Of a stretch of 64,000 bases of DNA, positions 10,778 to 19,742 are shown in pieces. This DNA comes from an uncultured Candidatus Rokubacteria bacterium. GTDB taxonomy: Bacteria; Methylomirabilota; Methylomirabilia; Rokubacteriales; DASRDR01. The notes under the pieces were generated by a model. The model saw only the letters and a list, made by a program, of their open reading frames with translations. It searched no databases and was not told the origin of the DNA. Location: NCBI GenBank assembly GCA_963826115.1, contig CAWGVS010000010.1:352001-416000 (forward strand), written 5' to 3'. Positions within the stretch are counted from its first letter, which is position 1. Each line of letters begins with the position of its first letter. The position numbers and the translations under genes were made by a program.

Positions 10778-12571
10778 ATGGCTCCGGCATTGCTCCTTGG
10801 CTGTGAGGGTGTCAGCAAGGCCTACGGGGCGCGGACGCTCTTCGACGGCCTGTCGCTGGGGCTCCTCGAGGGGGATCAGGTCGGCCTCGTCGGGCCGAAC
10901 GGCTCCGGCAAGTCCACCCTCCTCAAGATCCTCGCCGGACTCGAGCGGCCGGACCGCGGCACGGTCGCCGTGCGCGGCGGTGTTCGCGTCGGCTATGTGG
11001 CGCAGGATCCGGTCTTCCCCGGGGGCGGCACGGTCGAGGACGCGATCGCCGCCGCCCTGACCGGCGTCGAGGAGGATGAACGCCCCGCGCGCGTGGCCGA
11101 GACGCTCGGCCGCGCGGGGTTCACCGACGGGCGCGTGTCCGCCGACGCGCTCTCGGGCGGCTGGCGGAAGCGCCTGGCGATCGCGCGCGAGCTGGCCTTG
11201 GCGCCTGACGTCCTGCTGATGGACGAGCCCACCAACCATCTGGACGTCGACGGCATCCTCTGGCTCGAGGAGCTTCTCGCCGACCGGGCGCGCGCCGTCC
11301 TCGTGGTGAGCCACGACCGCTACTTCCTCGAGCACGTGGCGACACGCGTGCTGGAGCTGAACCGCGTCTATGCCGGCGGCATGTTCGAGGCCGACGGAGG
11401 GTACTCCGAGTTCCTGGCCCGCCGCGACGAGCACCTGCGCGGCCAGGCCGCGTACGAGGAGTCCCTCGCCAACACGGTCCGCCGCGAGATCGAGTGGCTC
11501 CGGCAAGGCGCGAAGGCGCGCTCGACGAAGGCCAAGGGACGCATCCGCGACGCGGCCCGGCTCATCGACGAGCTCGCGGATGCCCGGGCGCGCGCCGTCG
11601 AGGGAAGCGCCGGGATCGAGCTCGCCGCCTCGACACGGCGGAGCCGGAAACTCCTCGTCGCGCGCGGACTGTCGAAGACGCTCGGCGGCCGCCCGCTGTT
11701 CCGGGACCTCGACCTCGCGGTCATGCGCGGCACGCACGTCGGCCTCATCGGTCCCAACGGGAGCGGCAAGACGACGCTGCTGGACGTGCTCGCCGGCGCC
11801 GTCCCGCCCGACGCCGGCGAGGTCGAGCGGGCCGAGGGCCTGCGGCTCGTCCGGTTCGAGCAGCATCGGGCGAGCCTCGACCCCGCGGAGCCGCTCCGGC
11901 GCGCGCTCGCCCCCGACGGCGACGCCGTCGTCTTCCAGGGCCGGAGCGTGCACGTCGCCTCGTGGGCCAAGCGCTTCCTGTTCCGGCCCGAGCAGCTCGA
12001 GCTGCCCGTCGGCCGCCTCTCCGGCGGCGAGCAGGCCCGCATCCTCATCGCCCGGCTGATGCGCGAGCCCGCCGACCTCCTGATCCTGGACGAGCCGACG
12101 AACGACCTGGACATCCCGACGCTCGAGATCCTCGAGGAGAGCCTCGTCGAGTTCGAGGGCGGGCTCGTGCTCGTCACGCACGACCGCTTCCTGCTGGAGC
12201 GCGTGTCCAACGTCGTCCTGGCCCTCGACGGGGCGGGGGGCGCCGAGACGTTCGCGGACTACACGCAGTGGGAGGCGGTCCGCGCTGCCCGGTTACCGCC
12301 GCCCCGCGCGGCCGCGCTGGCGCCGCGGCCGCGGCCGCGGGCCAAGCGCCTCGGATACCTCGACCGGCGCGAGTGGGACGGCATGGAGCAGGCCATCCTG
12401 GAGGCCGAGCGCGCCGTCGAGGCCTGCCGCCGCGCGGCGGATGATCCGAGCATCGCGTCCGACGCCGAGGCCCTCCGGACCCGCTACGCGGCCCTCGAGG
12501 CGGCGCGCGCCCGCGTGGACCAGCTCTACGCGCGCTGGGCCGAGCTCGAGGCCAAGCAGCCCGACGGGTAG
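10778..12571 (+). CDS. ABC-F family ATPase (Uup-like)
   Basis: Two ABC domains (GPNGSGKS/T, LSGG, DEPTN), no TM segments, Uup-type C-terminal coiled coil ending YARWAELE. Confidence 0.92.
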   Translation: MAPALLLGCEGVSKAYGARTLFDGLSLGLLEGDQVGLVGPNGSGKSTLLKILAGLERPDRGTVAVRGGVRVGYVAQDPVFPGGGTVEDAIAAALTGVEEDERPARVAETLGRAGFTDGRVSADALSGGWRKRLAIARELALAPDVLLMDEPTNHLDVDGILWLEELLADRARAVLVVSHDRYFLEHVATRVLELNRVYAGGMFEADGGYSEFLARRDEHLRGQAAYEESLANTVRREIEWLRQGAKARSTKAKGRIRDAARLIDELADARARAVEGSAGIELAASTRRSRKLLVARGLSKTLGGRPLFRDLDLAVMRGTHVGLIGPNGSGKTTLLDVLAGAVPPDAGEVERAEGLRLVRFEQHRASLDPAEPLRRALAPDGDAVVFQGRSVHVASWAKRFLFRPEQLELPVGRLSGGEQARILIARLMREPADLLILDEPTNDLDIPTLEILEESLVEFEGGLVLVTHDRFLLERVSNVVLALDGAGGAETFADYTQWEAVRAARLPPPRAAALAPRPRPRAKRLGYLDRREWDGMEQAILEAERAVEACRRAADDPSIASDAEALRTRYAALEAARARVDQLYARWAELEAKQPDG

Positions 12572-12686
12572 AGCGTCGGTTCCGGAAGGGCCGACGCCCG
12601 TATCGGGAGTTCTGCTCGAGGAGGACCAAGCCTTCGTCGCCCGGGCGTGCGCCCGAGCGATCGAGGCGCTCGGCTATCGGGTCTGA
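12572..12686 (+). pseudogene. Possible C-terminal remnant of a sulfotransferase
   Basis: Reads RFRKGRRPYRE, then a frameshift, then LLEEDQAFVARACARAIEALGYRV*; resembles the FRKG...L..E...C....LGY sulfotransferase tail; no start. Confidence 0.4.
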
Positions 12687-12705
12687 CGCGCGAGAGCCCG
12701 GGCGA

Positions 12706-13644
12706 TCAGGCGTCGCGCCAGCGCGAAAGGTCCCGGCCAAGGAGTTCCTCGAGCCGCTCGACCTCCGGCCGCAGCTCCGCGCGCAGGCGCGCGCGCAGCG
12801 CGGGCGCGAGCGGCGGGCGCGGCGTCGCCTGCGTGTTCAGCTTCCGAAGCCGCCGCCAGACCGCCCGGCGGTGGCGCACTGGCACAACGAGACGCGCCAG
12901 GGCCGTCACGCCCGGGAGGTTCCGCAGGATTCCGGGGAGGCCACGGATGCGCGGGCGGCCGCCGGGGTTCACGACCCGCAGGGTCGTGCTGGGAGAAGGC
13001 TCGACGCCGAGGAAGCGGAGCGTCCCGGCGGCGATGCCGTCAGGGTCCCGACAGAGGTCGTCGTAGACGATCACGTGCACGGCTTGGCGCCCGAACACGG
13101 CGAACAGCCGTGACACATGGTCGCCGAACCGAACCAACTCGCGGTAGAGCAGGAGCTCCTTCTGCCATGGCCGGCGCCCTGCGGCTCGGTCCGGCTCGGC
13201 GGCCAGCGCGGCCTCGAAGTCCCACAGATCCTCGTATCCCGCGAGCACTCTCAGGCCGTGCAGGGAATAGAGGACCTCGACCGGGTCGCGCAGCTGCACG
13301 ATGATCCGGGCGTCCGGGACGGCACGCTTGATCTCGGCCGCGGCGGTGCGCGAGGCCAGATACCAGGTCGAGGCCTCCCCAGCCCGGAGTGCGTCGCCAG
13401 CCTCGGCGAACAGGGCCAGGTATTCTCGCTCGTCGCGCACGTATTGGGGCCGGGCCGGCAGGTCGGAGCCGAAGAAGTGGGGCTCCTTCTTCGAGGGCAT
13501 GAAGATCCGGGGATGGCGCCGGAGGAAATGGTACATGGACGTCGTGGCGCACCGGGGCGCGCCCACGATGAAGAAGTCAGGCCAGCGCGTGGCCGCGGGT
13601 CGGCCCTCCGCCGGCTGCGACGCTCCGGACCGTCGGGACCTCAC
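12706..13644 (-). CDS. Sulfotransferase family protein
   Basis: PDFFIVGAPRCATTS (5'-PSB loop), KEPHFF, GEASTWY, LRDPV..YS; GTG start overlaps upstream stop (GTGA). Confidence 0.9.
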   Translation of the reverse strand: MRSRRSGASQPAEGRPAATRWPDFFIVGAPRCATTSMYHFLRRHPRIFMPSKKEPHFFGSDLPARPQYVRDEREYLALFAEAGDALRAGEASTWYLASRTAAAEIKRAVPDARIIVQLRDPVEVLYSLHGLRVLAGYEDLWDFEAALAAEPDRAAGRRPWQKELLLYRELVRFGDHVSRLFAVFGRQAVHVIVYDDLCRDPDGIAAGTLRFLGVEPSPSTTLRVVNPGGRPRIRGLPGILRNLPGVTALARLVVPVRHRRAVWRRLRKLNTQATPRPPLAPALRARLRAELRPEVERLEELLGRDLSRWRDA

Positions 13645-13943
13645 GCACGCGCCTCCGGTCGCTTGGCCCAGAGCGCCCCGCCTCCGTAGCAGCGCTCCGC
13701 GTGGAAGCTCCGGTCCAGGGCGAGGACGTAGCCAGCACGGGTGCCCTCGGCCAGCCAGTCGAGCGCGAGGGTCACCGGCTCGCGCTCCACGTCCGCCCGG
13801 AGCCACGGGGCGACCTGTCCCACACAGGCCAGCAGGCCGCCCAGTGCGCGCGTGCGCCTGGTCACCCGCGGACGCTGCGAGCTCGGGCCCTCCGCCCGTC
13901 CAGGCTCGATCGATGTGAAATTGCGGACGGCCAGGCGGTCCAT
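13641..13943 (-). CDS. Hypothetical protein
   Basis: ORF whose stop overlaps the sulfotransferase start (GTGA); no recognised motif. Confidence 0.35.
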   Translation of the reverse strand: MDRLAVRNFTSIEPGRAEGPSSQRPRVTRRTRALGGLLACVGQVAPWLRADVEREPVTLALDWLAEGTRAGYVLALDRSFHAERCYGGGALWAKRPEARA

Positions 13944-14048
13944 GCCCGCGGATTCTCCCACGGCGCGTGCGCCGGCTTCAACGGAACCGCGTCGCCTCAA
14001 TCAGGGCCTGGCGAGCTCGACCGCGACCGTCCCGACGCCGGGGGAACG

Positions 14049-15053
14049 CTAGCGGCGCAGGCCCTCCACGACGGGGGCGAGCATCTCGATCCCCTTCGGC
14101 CCGGGCGGGTGCACGAGGCTCAGCGTCAGGTGCTGGACCCCGGCCGCCTGGAAGGTCCGGACGTGGGCCAGGAGCTCGTCGGCCGTCCCGACGCGGGCCA
14201 TCTGACGCATCCCGCCGAGCTCGAAGACCGAGACGCCCGGGGGGGCGGTGACGTCGGGGACGCCGGGCCGCGGCTCGCCCGGCAACATCAGCGCCACGCG
14301 CGTCCCCGCCGCGTGCGTGATCGTCTTCGGGTCGCGCTTCGCCTCGGCGCAGGCCCGATCGAGCGCCTCGAACCGGCTCCGCACGTCGCTCGCGACCAGG
14401 TGGTAGTCGGCGTCGTAGATGTCGGCGTACCGGGCGGCGAGCGCCATCATCCGGGGGCGCTGGGCGCCGATCAGGATCGGCGGGCCGGCCGCCCGCGGGC
14501 CGCGCGGAGCGAGAAGGCAGTCCTTCGCCCAGTAGTACTGCCCCTGGAAGTCCACCCGCCCCTCGCGGAGGAGCGGCACGATGATCGCCAGGGCCTCCTC
14601 GAATCGCCCGACCCGATGGTCGTACGGGATGCCGAACGCGTGGTACTCCGGCTCGTGCCAGCCGGCGCCGAGGCCGAGGACGACGCGGCCGTCCGACACC
14701 TCGTCCAGCGTGTCGGCCATCTTCGCGAGGATCGCCGGGTTCCGGAACCCCGTGCACGCCACCAGGGGGCCGAGGTGGATGCGGCTCGTCGCCTCGGCCA
14801 GCGCGGAGAGGATCGTCCACGACTCCCAGATCCCGCGATGTTTCCCCTCCTCCATGCTGACCTTCATGAGGTTCTCCGGCGGCGACTTCCGGAAGAGGAG
14901 GTGGTCCGGCAGGAACAGCGTGTCGACGCCGACCGCCTCCGCCGTGCGAGCCATCTCGCGGAGGTCCGCCCAGCGGACGGGGCGTCCCTCGCCGAGGGCG
15001 CCGGCGCCGATGGGGAGCATGAGTCCGAGCCGCATCCTGTCCGTTCGGGTCAC
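14049..15053 (-). CDS. LLM class flavin-dependent oxidoreductase
   Basis: AEAVG.D..F.PDH, RNPAILAKMADTLD..S.GR..LGLGAGW..PEY motifs; GAGGAG RBS before GTG 15053. Confidence 0.92.
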   Translation of the reverse strand: MTRTDRMRLGLMLPIGAGALGEGRPVRWADLREMARTAEAVGVDTLFLPDHLLFRKSPPENLMKVSMEEGKHRGIWESWTILSALAEATSRIHLGPLVACTGFRNPAILAKMADTLDEVSDGRVVLGLGAGWHEPEYHAFGIPYDHRVGRFEEALAIIVPLLREGRVDFQGQYYWAKDCLLAPRGPRAAGPPILIGAQRPRMMALAARYADIYDADYHLVASDVRSRFEALDRACAEAKRDPKTITHAAGTRVALMLPGEPRPGVPDVTAPPGVSVFELGGMRQMARVGTADELLAHVRTFQAAGVQHLTLSLVHPPGPKGIEMLAPVVEGLRR

Positions 15054-15108
15054 GCGAGTCTCCTCTCGATGAAGCTGGGTAGCGGGCCGCGTCGACGACG
15101 CGCCGCGA

Positions 15109-17037
15109 TCAGATTGTAGCCCGCGGAATCCAGACGCGCATCGCCCCCGCCGCGCGATTGGCCCACGCGTAGTAGGGGATGGCCGTGAGCTCGACGCGCC
15201 GCCGGGCGGGCGCGGGCCCCGACCCCACCGCGCGATACAGGCGGCCGCGCCACGACGCCGCATCCACCTGGTAGCCCGCCGCGCGGATCGCCACGACGCC
15301 CTCGAGGAGCGCGGGCTCCGGGCGAGCGGCGAGCGCCGCCGTCGGGTCGAGCTCGAGCTCGGCCACCGGGACGTCGCCCTGGTCGGCCTGCTCCACGCAG
15401 TACACGAGCGGACCGCGCTCGATCGCGACCGCGCCGCGCGTGGACTCGATCGCGGGGTGCGCCTCGATGAGCGCCGCCTCCATGGAGAGGTCGAGCTCCA
15501 CCACGTCGCCGTCGCGCCAGCGCCGCGCGAGGCGCGCGTAGCCGTCGGCGGCCGGCGCCGCGCTGAGGGCGTCCCCGTTCACCCGGACGGCGGGCCGGCT
15601 GCACCATGCGGGCACGCGCAGCGCGAGGGTCCAGGGAGCCGCCGGCCCCGCCTCCACCGTCAGGCGGACCGCGCCGTCCCACGGGTAGCGCGTGTCCATG
15701 CGGAGCCGGACGGGCTCGCCCGAGGGCAGGGACGTCGAGATGCGCGCCGGCGCGTACTGGTGCACCTGGAGACCCGAGGCGTCGCGTGTCGCGACGTAGT
15801 GGCCGAGGGACGCGAGCAGCCGCATGACGTTCGGCGGGCAGCAGGCGACCAGGTGCCACTCCTTGCGCCGGCAGCCGCCGCGCCCGAGGTGCTCGGGCTG
15901 CCCGTTGCTCGCGAGCGGGTTGACGTAGAAGTAGCGCTCGCCGTCGAGCGACACGCCGGCGAGGACGGCGTTGTGGAGCGTCCGGTCGATCAGGTCCGCG
16001 AAGCGGCCCTGCCCGGTGGCGAGGAGCATCCGCCAGCTCCACAGGATGCTGGCGATCGCCGCGCAGGTCTCGTCGTAGGCGAGCTCGTTGGGGAGCTCGT
16101 ACGGCTGGCCGAAGGCCTCGCCGAGGTGCCGCGAGCCCACGCCGCCGGTGACGTAGAGCTTGTGGCTCACGAGGTCCGCCCACTGGCGCTCGAGGGCCTG
16201 GAGGAGCGCCGCCTCCCCGGTCTCCAGGTACACGTCCGCGACGCCGGTCGTCAGGTAGAGGGAGCGGACCGCGTGGCCCTCGACCTCGGAGGTCTCGCGC
16301 ACCGGCACCCGGTCCTGGTAGTACGCGGCGCTGTTGTAGCGGCCGGGTCCGAGCCAGCCGTGCCCGCGCTGGTCGAGGAAGAAGCGCGCGAGATCGAGAT
16401 AGCGGCGCTCCCCGGTCTCGCGGTAGAGCTCGACGAGCCCCATCTCGATCTCCGGGTGGCCGGGCGTGCCCGGCAGCTTGCCCGGCCCGAAGCGCCCGTC
16501 CAGGTAGTCCGCGAAGCGGCGGGCGATGGCGAGGAGCCGGCCGTCGCCCGTCGCGCGGTGGTGGGCGACGGCAGCCTCGCAGAGATGGCCGGCGCAGTAG
16601 AGCTCGTGCCCCTGGGCGAAGTCGGTCCAGCGCCGTTCCGGCTCGGCGACCGTGTAGTGCGAGTTCAGGTAGCCGTCCGCGCCCTGCGCGGCGCCCACGA
16701 TGTCGATGGCCTCGCCCATGTGGGAGAGGAGCCAGTCGCTCGGCACCCGCGCGTGCTCGTATGCGGCCGCCTCGATCCACTTGTAGACGTCCGAGTCCAT
16801 GAACACCGGGCCCTGGTACCGCCCGGCGGACCGGCCGCCCGCGATCCGGAGGTTCTCAAAGTTGCCCGCGGTCTCGAGCATGCGGTAGCCGTGGGGCAGG
16901 GCCCGGTCGCGGTTGGTGGCCTGTCGCCGCGCCCAGAGGCCGCCGTCGATCGTCACGGCGTTGCCCTCGAGCGTTCGCCACGTGGCGGCCAGGCTGCGGG
17001 TAGTATCGGTCGGGCTTGCGCCGCGGCTCGCAGTCAT
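15109..17037 (-). CDS. Glycoside hydrolase family 127 (beta-L-arabinofuranosidase-like)
   Basis: FMDSDVYKWIEA, HELYCAGH, GHPEIE, GHAVR, ETCAAIA, ACCPPN, IPYYAWANR motifs. Confidence 0.94.
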   Translation of the reverse strand: MTASRGASPTDTTRSLAATWRTLEGNAVTIDGGLWARRQATNRDRALPHGYRMLETAGNFENLRIAGGRSAGRYQGPVFMDSDVYKWIEAAAYEHARVPSDWLLSHMGEAIDIVGAAQGADGYLNSHYTVAEPERRWTDFAQGHELYCAGHLCEAAVAHHRATGDGRLLAIARRFADYLDGRFGPGKLPGTPGHPEIEMGLVELYRETGERRYLDLARFFLDQRGHGWLGPGRYNSAAYYQDRVPVRETSEVEGHAVRSLYLTTGVADVYLETGEAALLQALERQWADLVSHKLYVTGGVGSRHLGEAFGQPYELPNELAYDETCAAIASILWSWRMLLATGQGRFADLIDRTLHNAVLAGVSLDGERYFYVNPLASNGQPEHLGRGGCRRKEWHLVACCPPNVMRLLASLGHYVATRDASGLQVHQYAPARISTSLPSGEPVRLRMDTRYPWDGAVRLTVEAGPAAPWTLALRVPAWCSRPAVRVNGDALSAAPAADGYARLARRWRDGDVVELDLSMEAALIEAHPAIESTRGAVAIERGPLVYCVEQADQGDVPVAELELDPTAALAARPEPALLEGVVAIRAAGYQVDAASWRGRLYRAVGSGPAPARRRVELTAIPYYAWANRAAGAMRVWIPRATI

Positions 17038-17077
17038 CGGAATCCTCCGGGGTTGGTCGCTTCGGTCGAGTTCGATG

Positions 17078-17950
17078 TCAGCCGGGGAAGCGCGCTTCGG
17101 CCAGGCCGCGGACGCCCGGCTCGAGGGCGAGGAGCCCGCCGGCGCACGGCTGCGCCCGGAGGGCGTCCGGTGTCAGCCCGATCGACGCGGACGTCACGTA
17201 CAGCACGTCGAGGTCCGGCCCGCCGAAGGCCGGGCAGGTGGGGCGCTGGACCGGGAGGCGGACCAACCGCTCCGTGCGGCCGGTGGGATCGTGGCGCGTG
17301 AGCTGCCAGCCATCCCAGTGGGCGAGCCACACGAACCCCTCGGCGTCGACGGTCGCGCCGTCCGGGTTCCCCTCGTCGCCCGACAGCGTCACGAAGAGGC
17401 GCCGGTTGGCGATCTCGCCGCGGTCGGGGTCCGAGTCCCACGCCCAGACGGTTCGCCGGATGGTGTCGGCGTGGTACATGGTCCGACCGTCCGGGCTCCA
17501 GCAGAGCGAGTTCGAGATGACGATCCCGTCGACCATGCGGTGGCAGGAGCCGTCCGGATCGAGGCGGTAGAGAGCTCCGGTGGGCGTCGTCTCCGGATCG
17601 TGCATGCTCCCGGCCCAGAACCGGCCGCGGCGGTCAGGCTTGCCGTCGTTGAGTCGGTTCTCGGGCCGATCACGCTCCGCATCCACCATCAGCTCGATCG
17701 CCCCGGTGTCGAGATCGAGAGCGTGGAAGCCCGACCGGAGCGCCAGCACGAGCCCGCCGCGGGCACGGCGGACCAGGGAGCCCACGGTCTCGGGCGTTGG
17801 CCACCGCGTGTCGCGGCCGGTGACCGGATCGAACCGGTGCACCGCGCGGCCCTTGATGTCGACCCAGTAGAGGCAGCCGTCGCCGCGGTCCCAGAGCGGT
17901 CCCTCGCCGAGGACCGCGCGCGCCGGCAGGACGCAGCGGACGTCGGTCAC
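17078..17950 (-). CDS. SMP-30/gluconolactonase family (xylonolactonase XylC-like)
   Basis: LGEGPLWD, RLNDGK.D..GRFWAGSM, ISNSLCWSPDG, PDGATVD, FGGPDL motifs. Confidence 0.92.
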   Translation of the reverse strand: MTDVRCVLPARAVLGEGPLWDRGDGCLYWVDIKGRAVHRFDPVTGRDTRWPTPETVGSLVRRARGGLVLALRSGFHALDLDTGAIELMVDAERDRPENRLNDGKPDRRGRFWAGSMHDPETTPTGALYRLDPDGSCHRMVDGIVISNSLCWSPDGRTMYHADTIRRTVWAWDSDPDRGEIANRRLFVTLSGDEGNPDGATVDAEGFVWLAHWDGWQLTRHDPTGRTERLVRLPVQRPTCPAFGGPDLDVLYVTSASIGLTPDALRAQPCAGGLLALEPGVRGLAEARFPG

Positions 17951-18834
17951 GCCGTCTCGGGAGTCAGGGTGAACGCCGCGCGCGCGGTGTCACCCGGCGC
18001 CAGGACGAGCATGCCCGTGTCCGCGCGGCCGGCGGCGGCGAGGTTGAAGGCCTCGGTGATGTGGCTCACCGGCTCGGCGCAGAAGAACGCCTCGCCCGGC
18101 GGCGTGTAGACGACCAGGGTCGAGAGCGGATCGCTCGCCCGGAGCCGGAGCCGCGCATGCCACTCGGGCCACGCGATGACGGCCTCCCGGTCCCAGCCGA
18201 CGAAGACGTTGTCGAGCGCGACGCGATCGACGGCGAGACCGAGGCGCGGGTCGCGATCGGGGGGAGGCGTCACGAGGACGGTCGGCAGGATCTCGGCGTC
18301 GGTCAGCCAGATCCCGGTCACGCGCGCGTGGAGCGTCGTCGCCGCGGTCCGCGGGAAGTACGGGTGCCAGCCGAGTCCCGCGGGCATCGTGGTCTCGCTC
18401 TCGTTCGTCACGGCCATCTCGACGTCGAGGCCAGCCGGCGTCAAGGCGATCCGCTGCGTCGCGCGGTACGCCCAGGGCCATTCGCCGGGTGCGTGGCGAT
18501 GCTCGAGGACGGCCTCAGACGCGCTCCGGTCCGTCACCGTCCAGGGGGCCCGGTAGCCGAGCCCGTGGATCGCGTGGCCCCGGAGGTTCGGCGTCAACGC
18601 GACCGCCTGCCCGCCGAACGTGAAGCGCCCCGCGCGGATCCGGTTCGACCAGGGCACGAGCGGGAAGCTCGACAGCCCGCCCGGCTCGCCGTGTCGGAGA
18701 GCCTCCGGCGGGGTCGGGCGGAGGAAGTCCAACGTCGCGCGGCCGGTGTCCTGCCAGAAGCGGGCGATCGAGCCGCCGATCCCCGGAGCGAGGGTGGCAC
18801 CGAGCGCGCCATGGCGGAGCGTGATCGAGTCCAT
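17947..18834 (-). CDS. Aldose 1-epimerase
   Basis: FPLVPWSNRI, HAIHG, GWHPYF, LDNVF, FFCAEPVSH motifs. Confidence 0.9.
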   Translation of the reverse strand: MDSITLRHGALGATLAPGIGGSIARFWQDTGRATLDFLRPTPPEALRHGEPGGLSSFPLVPWSNRIRAGRFTFGGQAVALTPNLRGHAIHGLGYRAPWTVTDRSASEAVLEHRHAPGEWPWAYRATQRIALTPAGLDVEMAVTNESETTMPAGLGWHPYFPRTAATTLHARVTGIWLTDAEILPTVLVTPPPDRDPRLGLAVDRVALDNVFVGWDREAVIAWPEWHARLRLRASDPLSTLVVYTPPGEAFFCAEPVSHITEAFNLAAAGRADTGMLVLAPGDTARAAFTLTPETA

Positions 18835-18936
18835 GCTCGGCGAGGATACCGGGCGCCTTGCCGTCCCGGCAAGCGGACCCCGTGCTAGCGTGAGGGCCGT
18901 CAGCCGGCCGCCCACGCGCACCCCAAGGAGGGGACC

Positions 18937-19701
18937 ATGTCGTACGCCACGTACCCGAGCCTCCGCGACCGCGTCGTCCTCGTGACCGGGGGCGGCAGCG
19001 GGATCGGCGCCTCCATCGTCGAGCACTTCGCGGCCCAGGGCTCGCACGTGGCCTTCCTCGACATCGACCGCGCGGCCAGCGAGAGCCTCCGCGAGACGAT
19101 CGCGGCCGGTGGGCGCCCCCGTCCGGTCTTCGTCCACTGCGACCTTCGGGACATCCCGGCGCTCCGCGCCGCGGTCAGCGAGGTGCGCCGGCAGCTCGGG
19201 CCGATCCGGGTGCTGATCAACAACGCGGCGCACGACGAGCGCCACGCGCTCGACACCGTCACGCCCGAGTACTGGGACGACCGGCTCGCGGTCAACCTGC
19301 GGCACCAGTTCTTCGCGGCCCAGGCCGTCTACCCGGACATGGCGGCGGCGGGCGGCGGCGCCATCGTGAACCTCGGCTCGACGTCCTGGATGGCCGGGCA
19401 GGGCGGGATGCCCGGCTACACGACCGCGAAGTCGGGGGTCGTCGGGCTGACGCGCGGGCTGGCCCGGGACCTCGGCCCGCACGGGATCCGCGTGACCTGC
19501 GTCGTGCCGGGGTGGATCATGACCGAGCGGCAGATCAAGCTCTGGCTCACGCCGGAGTCGGAAGCCGAGCTCCTCCGCCGCCAGTGCCTCAAGCGGAAGC
19601 TCGTGCCCGCGGACATCGCGCGCGCCGTGCTGTTCTTCGCGGCCGACGACAGCGCGGCCTGCACGGCGCAGAGCTACGTCGTCGACGCCGGCTGGACCTG
19701 A
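18937..19701 (+). CDS. SDR family D-xylose 1-dehydrogenase (Caulobacter XylB-like)
   Basis: YPSL....V.VTGGGSGIG, NNAAHDERH, VNLRH, YTTAK, QCLK, DAGW; closely parallels XylB as recalled. Confidence 0.85.
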   Translation: MSYATYPSLRDRVVLVTGGGSGIGASIVEHFAAQGSHVAFLDIDRAASESLRETIAAGGRPRPVFVHCDLRDIPALRAAVSEVRRQLGPIRVLINNAAHDERHALDTVTPEYWDDRLAVNLRHQFFAAQAVYPDMAAAGGGAIVNLGSTSWMAGQGGMPGYTTAKSGVVGLTRGLARDLGPHGIRVTCVVPGWIMTERQIKLWLTPESEAELLRRQCLKRKLVPADIARAVLFFAADDSAACTAQSYVVDAGWT

Positions 19702-19742
19702 TCCGCGCGGCCGCCGCATCCTCGCCGCGGCCGGCGCGGCGG

